Virus record (IMG/VR): IMGVR_UViG_3300035698_014070
Location: 1-64,000 of that record
Strand: one strand, 5' to 3'
DNA from: a virus
DNA: 64,000 nucleotides
Part shown: piece by piece, positions 59,829 to 64,000 of the stretch
Position numbering within the stretch: the first letter of the stretch is position 1
How the letters are laid out: each line of letters starts with the position of its first letter
Notes under the pieces: generated by a model
The model's input: the letters and a program-made list of their open reading frames with translations, nothing else
Databases searched by the model: none
Told to the model about the DNA's origin: nothing
Translations under genes and position numbers: made by a program

Positions 59829-61160
59829 ATGGTTGATATTGCAGGGACATACCATTTACGATTAACATTTAACAATGGAAAGCTTGTTGTGGAGCTTAAT
59901 CCACAAGCGATTCATATATTTGAAATAACACAGGAAATTAATAATTTACTTCCTACGGTTATACTAGAAGTAGAAGAACCAAACGGTGAAATTGGAATGC
60001 TTTTGCCATTTGATAATAAGCTTGCAAATATGCAAGTAGAATTTTGTGGTGCTAAAAATATAAATGATTCAGAAGAGTACAATCAGTTTAACTTTGTTAT
60101 TACTAAAAAAATAACAATAAGTGATGGTAGACTTCGTTTAGAAGGAGAATTAAGTATACATGGATTATTTTCTCCAAAGCATAGTCGTGGTTTTCCAATA
60201 TCAGGAACTACAGATATTACAATAAAAAAGTATATAGAAAAAATTGCAACAACCGAAATATCTATATTTAGCAATACTGAAGATCGAAGTAATAAGTATA
60301 TTAATGCAGAAGTAAGTTCGTATTTAGAATATGAAAAAACTTTAATACAACCACGATGGACTAATGCACAATTTTTAAAATATTTACGTGACAATATTAT
60401 TGGTACAGTAGATGAAGCTGGATTTTTTTGTTTTGTTTGTGTAAAGAATAGAAAAACAACACTCGTTTTTAAATCTGCACGAGATTTTTATGATGAGCCA
60501 ATTAGTCAACGTTTTGTTGTATATGATGAAATTCGTAAAGGAAGTTTTCCTGTTTATAAATTTTTATCATACGATTATTTTAATGGCGGTAATAAAGAAC
60601 TTAAAAGTAAACAAGAATATTCTTATTACAACTATAATGATACAGAATACGTAGATGCATATGTAGATTATACAACATATCATTCTTTATCTAAACATAT
60701 ACTGATTGATAAAAATGAAGATACAAATTCAAACGATATCGATAATCTTGGACGATCAAATGATTTTACATCAGATTTTCTTGGAAAGATAAAAGGTGCT
60801 TATACTAAAAAGTTGTTAGGATTATCTCGTTTTTGGATAACGACAGATGGTTTACAAAATATTACTCCAGGTAAGCTTGTTTATATTCATTTTCCTGCAA
60901 AAGTGATGCAAGAAGAAGCGATCGTAATTACATATAGCGGATATTGGATGATTGAAAAAGTTGTACACGCATTTAGAGATGTTTATTTGACACGTTTATT
61001 ATTAACACGACCTGGAATTGATACTGCGATGGATACAGAATTATTAGTTGCTCCAGTATTTAAAGTAGATCAATCTAAAGAAGTACTGAAAACGCAAAAA
61101 GCGCAAAATAAATCGCAAAAGCGAATATCTACATCATCTGATATGGACATAATAACATAA
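59829..61160 (+). CDS. Baseplate hub (gp27-like)
   Basis: Q..W....FL..L, ITPGKLV, YSGYWMIEKVVH; upstream of the spike gene. Confidence 0.7.
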   Translation: MVDIAGTYHLRLTFNNGKLVVELNPQAIHIFEITQEINNLLPTVILEVEEPNGEIGMLLPFDNKLANMQVEFCGAKNINDSEEYNQFNFVITKKITISDGRLRLEGELSIHGLFSPKHSRGFPISGTTDITIKKYIEKIATTEISIFSNTEDRSNKYINAEVSSYLEYEKTLIQPRWTNAQFLKYLRDNIIGTVDEAGFFCFVCVKNRKTTLVFKSARDFYDEPISQRFVVYDEIRKGSFPVYKFLSYDYFNGGNKELKSKQEYSYYNYNDTEYVDAYVDYTTYHSLSKHILIDKNEDTNSNDIDNLGRSNDFTSDFLGKIKGAYTKKLLGLSRFWITTDGLQNITPGKLVYIHFPAKVMQEEAIVITYSGYWMIEKVVHAFRDVYLTRLLLTRPGIDTAMDTELLVAPVFKVDQSKEVLKTQKAQNKSQKRISTSSDMDIIT

Positions 61161-61765
61161 TGGATAGTGTTGAAAAAATTTATGGTAACTATCGTGGAAA
61201 AGTACTTGGTACAGATAGTAGTGAATCGTCAAAATCTGGTCGTATTAAGGTAGAAGTATATCCATTTTTTGAAAGCATTGATAAAGATTTTATTCCATGG
61301 GCAGTTCCTGCTATGCCCCTGTTTGATGGTGCAGGAAGCGGATACGGTTGTTTAAGTATACCTACTGTTGGATCATACGTGTGGGTATTTTTTGAAGCGG
61401 GAGATATTTACCAGCCCGTTTATTTTGCAGAAGCGCAAACTCCTGATGTTGGAATACCATCAGAAGCATCTACAAATTACCCTAAAAGAAAAGTGTTAAA
61501 AACAAGCGGCGGTGTTACAATATATATTGATGATACTAGTGATTCTATTGTTATAGAAAATGATGAAGGTAATAAAATACAAATAGATGATGAAATTTTA
61601 TTAACTCATTCTAGTGGCGCAAAAATAGTAATAGATAGCTCTGGTAATATAGAAGTTAATGGAACCAGCTTATTATTGACTAATGCTATAGGATCTGGTT
61701 ATATTGATATAGACGCGGCTGGTGCAATGATTATAGAGGGCGTCACTGTCAACGTAAATCCATAA
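61160..61765 (+). CDS. Baseplate central spike (gp5/gpV OB-fold)
   Basis: YRGKV, GRIKV, PWA.P, IPTVGSYVWVFFEAGD...PVY. Confidence 0.9.
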   Translation: MDSVEKIYGNYRGKVLGTDSSESSKSGRIKVEVYPFFESIDKDFIPWAVPAMPLFDGAGSGYGCLSIPTVGSYVWVFFEAGDIYQPVYFAEAQTPDVGIPSEASTNYPKRKVLKTSGGVTIYIDDTSDSIVIENDEGNKIQIDDEILLTHSSGAKIVIDSSGNIEVNGTSLLLTNAIGSGYIDIDAAGAMIIEGVTVNVNP

Positions 61766-61773
61766 GGTTTTAT

Positions 61774-62106
61774 ATGGCTAAAGCAATAACAATATTTCCA
61801 AGTGATTTGAGATTTACAGAAGGACCAGATGGAGATATACTTTTTTCTGGTCAAGATGGCAGATTTAAAGTAGCTGGAGAAGAAGTTGCTGTATGTGTTC
61901 CTGGAGCAAAACAAGTAGATCCAGATAATCATACAAAAAGACATTTAAATCCTGTTACTGTTAGAACGTTTTGTAATGGTTATCCAATCTGTACTGGAGG
62001 TCTTCCTAATGCTAATGCCGCTTATGTGCTGTACTATAGTCCTTCAAAAACATCGTATATAACATCACCACAAAAAGTTCCTGATCCTAAAGTGTACGTG
62101 GAGTAA
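61774..62106 (+). CDS. Putative spike-tip (PAAR-like) protein
   Basis: Small protein between spike and gp25; H, NG.P.C..G and KVYVE elements. Confidence 0.45.
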   Translation: MAKAITIFPSDLRFTEGPDGDILFSGQDGRFKVAGEEVAVCVPGAKQVDPDNHTKRHLNPVTVRTFCNGYPICTGGLPNANAAYVLYYSPSKTSYITSPQKVPDPKVYVE

Positions 62107-62109
62107 ATT

Positions 62110-62508
62110 ATGGCAGTATCAAGTACAAGTATAGGTGTAGTGTGGAGTGAACTTGATCATCGTTTTGAAAAAGATATAAGAGGTAGGTTAAAAAAGGCGA
62201 TTAATTTTGATGCACTAGTTAGTTCTATAGATAATATTTTACGAACTGGACGAGGTGAACGAGTTATGCTTCCGTCTTTTGGATTAGGTTTAACAAATGT
62301 GTTTGAACCAATGAGTAAGTTATCTGGTGCTCAATATGCAAGAAAGATAAAAGAAGCGATTACACGTTGGGATGATCGTATTATTATACACGCAGTAGAT
62401 TGTGTACAGCGACCAAATCAATCGCAAGTAGAATTTAAAATACAATTAGGTGTACGCGGTTTTTCCGAAATATTTGAGCACAAACTTACTACATCTATTG
62501 GAGATTAG
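62110..62508 (+). CDS. Baseplate gp25-like protein
   Basis: SIDNILRTGRGERVMLPSFG...FEP...AITRWDDRI. Confidence 0.9.
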   Translation: MAVSSTSIGVVWSELDHRFEKDIRGRLKKAINFDALVSSIDNILRTGRGERVMLPSFGLGLTNVFEPMSKLSGAQYARKIKEAITRWDDRIIIHAVDCVQRPNQSQVEFKIQLGVRGFSEIFEHKLTTSIGD

Positions 62509-62510
62509 TG

Positions 62511-64000
62511 ATGGGCAATCTTTTAAATTACACAAACTATGATTTTGAGGATTTAGTTGAGCAACTTCAAAATCGATTAAAAACAAGAAAATCATGGATA
62601 GATACATATCGTTCTGGTACAGGCCAAATGATGATAGAATTCTATGCATATGTAGCTAATCTTGTTTTATATTATTTAGAACGGCGCGCAGAAGAATGTT
62701 TTATTGATACAGCTCAACTTCGTTCAAGTGTTATCAATTTAGTTAAACTACTAAACTATTTGCCAAAGCGCCAAACATCTTCGTTAGGTACACTAACTTT
62801 TTCTGTATCTTCTGCACACACTGTTGATATTATATTACCTGCAAAAACAGTTATTAAAACTGGAGATGATTTGTATTTCTTTGTAGGTAAAAAAGAAACA
62901 GATGATACATCTGGAGATTATACAGGAAATATTGTTGGTGCTAGTACGTTACTTACTGGTGAAACATCAGTTACAGTAAATGCAATTCAAGGTGAAGTTA
63001 TTGAAAAAGAAATTATTTCTGATGGATCTGCAAGTCAAAATTATAATATAGAAGAAACAAATGTAGAGAATGATTTGTTCGCCGTGTTTGTAGACAGCAT
63101 TGCTTGGACACAAGTATCTAGTTTTGTTAGTTCAGAATCTGATGATTCTCATTATATGATACGGCAAAATAAAGATAACTCATTGCGTATTATTTTTGGT
63201 GATGGTATTAAAGGTGATATTCCTGATGAAGATTCTGTTGTAAAACTTCAATACGTTTTAACAGATGGGTTAGATGGAAATGTTTACACTGGTGATTCTA
63301 TCATAAATATTGTAAGTACGATTTATGATACAGATAGTAATACCGTTTCTGATATTAGTGTAACAAATTCTTCTACAGTTGATGCTGTTTCTGGAAACAT
63401 TCAGGGTGCTTTTGTTGGTGGTGATGAAGAAGAATCAATTGAAGAAATAAAATACGAAGCACCACGAGTATTTGCTACTGGCGATAGACTTATTACAAAA
63501 GCAGATTTTATAGCAGTTATAGAAAATTATAGTGGTGTTGGTAGTGCAAATGTATGGGGAGAATACGAAGAAGATGATGATGCTGCATATTATAATCATC
63601 GAATTAATTTATGTATTTTGATGCAAGAAAATGATGACAACGATTGGCCAAATCCTACTACAGCATTTAAGACAGAATTAACTGATTACTTGTACCTTAA
63701 ATCTGTAATGACTGTAAAATATGAATACGTTGTTGCTGTTCAATTAAATGTAATACCTACACTTACATTAGTTGTTTCTAAAAATTATTCTATTACACAG
63801 GCTCAAGCTGACATTAATACATTAATGACTGATCAATTTGAATTGGGTGTCACGACTAAGCTGGGCACTGCTCTACGATATTCTAACTTAGTTAACTTAG
63901 TAGATTCATTAGATGCTGTCTCCTATCACCAGCTAATTCTGGAGATACGCAAAGATCTTGTAGAAGATTATGGTTCAAATGGGGAGTACGGTGAAGCACT
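62511..64000 (+). CDS. Baseplate wedge gp6/J-like protein, 3'-truncated (not in ORF track)
   Basis: MGNLLNYTNYDFEDL..., ECFIDTAQLRSSV, IIFGDGIKG.IP, GGDEEESIEEIKYEAP, RLITKADF. Confidence 0.9.
   Translation, partial: MGNLLNYTNYDFEDLVEQLQNRLKTRKSWIDTYRSGTGQMMIEFYAYVANLVLYYLERRAEECFIDTAQLRSSVINLVKLLNYLPKRQTSSLGTLTFSVSSAHTVDIILPAKTVIKTGDDLYFFVGKKETDDTSGDYTGNIVGASTLLTGETSVTVNAIQGEVIEKEIISDGSASQNYNIEETNVENDLFAVFVDSIAWTQVSSFVSSESDDSHYMIRQNKDNSLRIIFGDGIKGDIPDEDSVVKLQYVLTDGLDGNVYTGDSIINIVSTIYDTDSNTVSDISVTNSSTVDAVSGNIQGAFVGGDEEESIEEIKYEAPRVFATGDRLITKADFIAVIENYSGVGSANVWGEYEEDDDAAYYNHRINLCILMQENDDNDWPNPTTAFKTELTDYLYLKSVMTVKYEYVVAVQLNVIPTLTLVVSKNYSITQAQADINTLMTDQFELGVTTKLGTALRYSNLVNLVDSLDAVSYHQLILEIRKDLVEDYGSNGEYGEA

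Noticed and set aside
1370-62649. Minus-strand ORFs in the track
   Set aside because: They lie antisense to plus-strand genes and show no recognisable motifs; treated as shadow ORFs.
1-64000. tRNA, rRNA, integrase or transposase genes
   Set aside because: No cloverleaf, rRNA or recombinase motifs recognised by eye; tRNAscan/Infernal were not run.

Overview
This window is a 64-kb, AT-rich, almost entirely plus-strand segment of a large tailed phage with T4-like myovirus morphogenesis genes, read with the standard bacterial code. The order is: recombination/repair genes (SSB-like tail, UvsY-like, RecA/UvsX, RuvC-like, an SbcCD/Mre11-Rad50 whose SbcC is split around sbcD), a GroES-like co-chaperonin, terminase, a phage sigma factor, many small ORFs, portal, a GC-richer block of fibre/adhesin-like genes, scaffold and prohead protease, a major capsid gene interrupted by a group I intron carrying a homing endonuclease, then neck, sheath, tube, tape-measure and baseplate genes. 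The most striking signal is a family of sequence-unrelated proteins, scattered among the head genes, that share two short terminal motifs. One is an N-terminal leader, M-[KD]-x-L-[ILV]-[EK]-x-[LV]...xxE. The other is a C-terminal SLRDI-stop pentapeptide, seen in 9 ORFs plus 2 orphan copies and one internal copy in the scaffold-like protein, and encoded by varied synonymous codons. With a 2H-phosphoesterase/lytic-transglycosylase/nucleotidyltransferase polyprotein punctuated by xxE sites, this suggests a two-tag system for addressing or packaging cargo proteins into the virion. That function is inference. All protein family calls come from motif recognition by eye; no searches were run.
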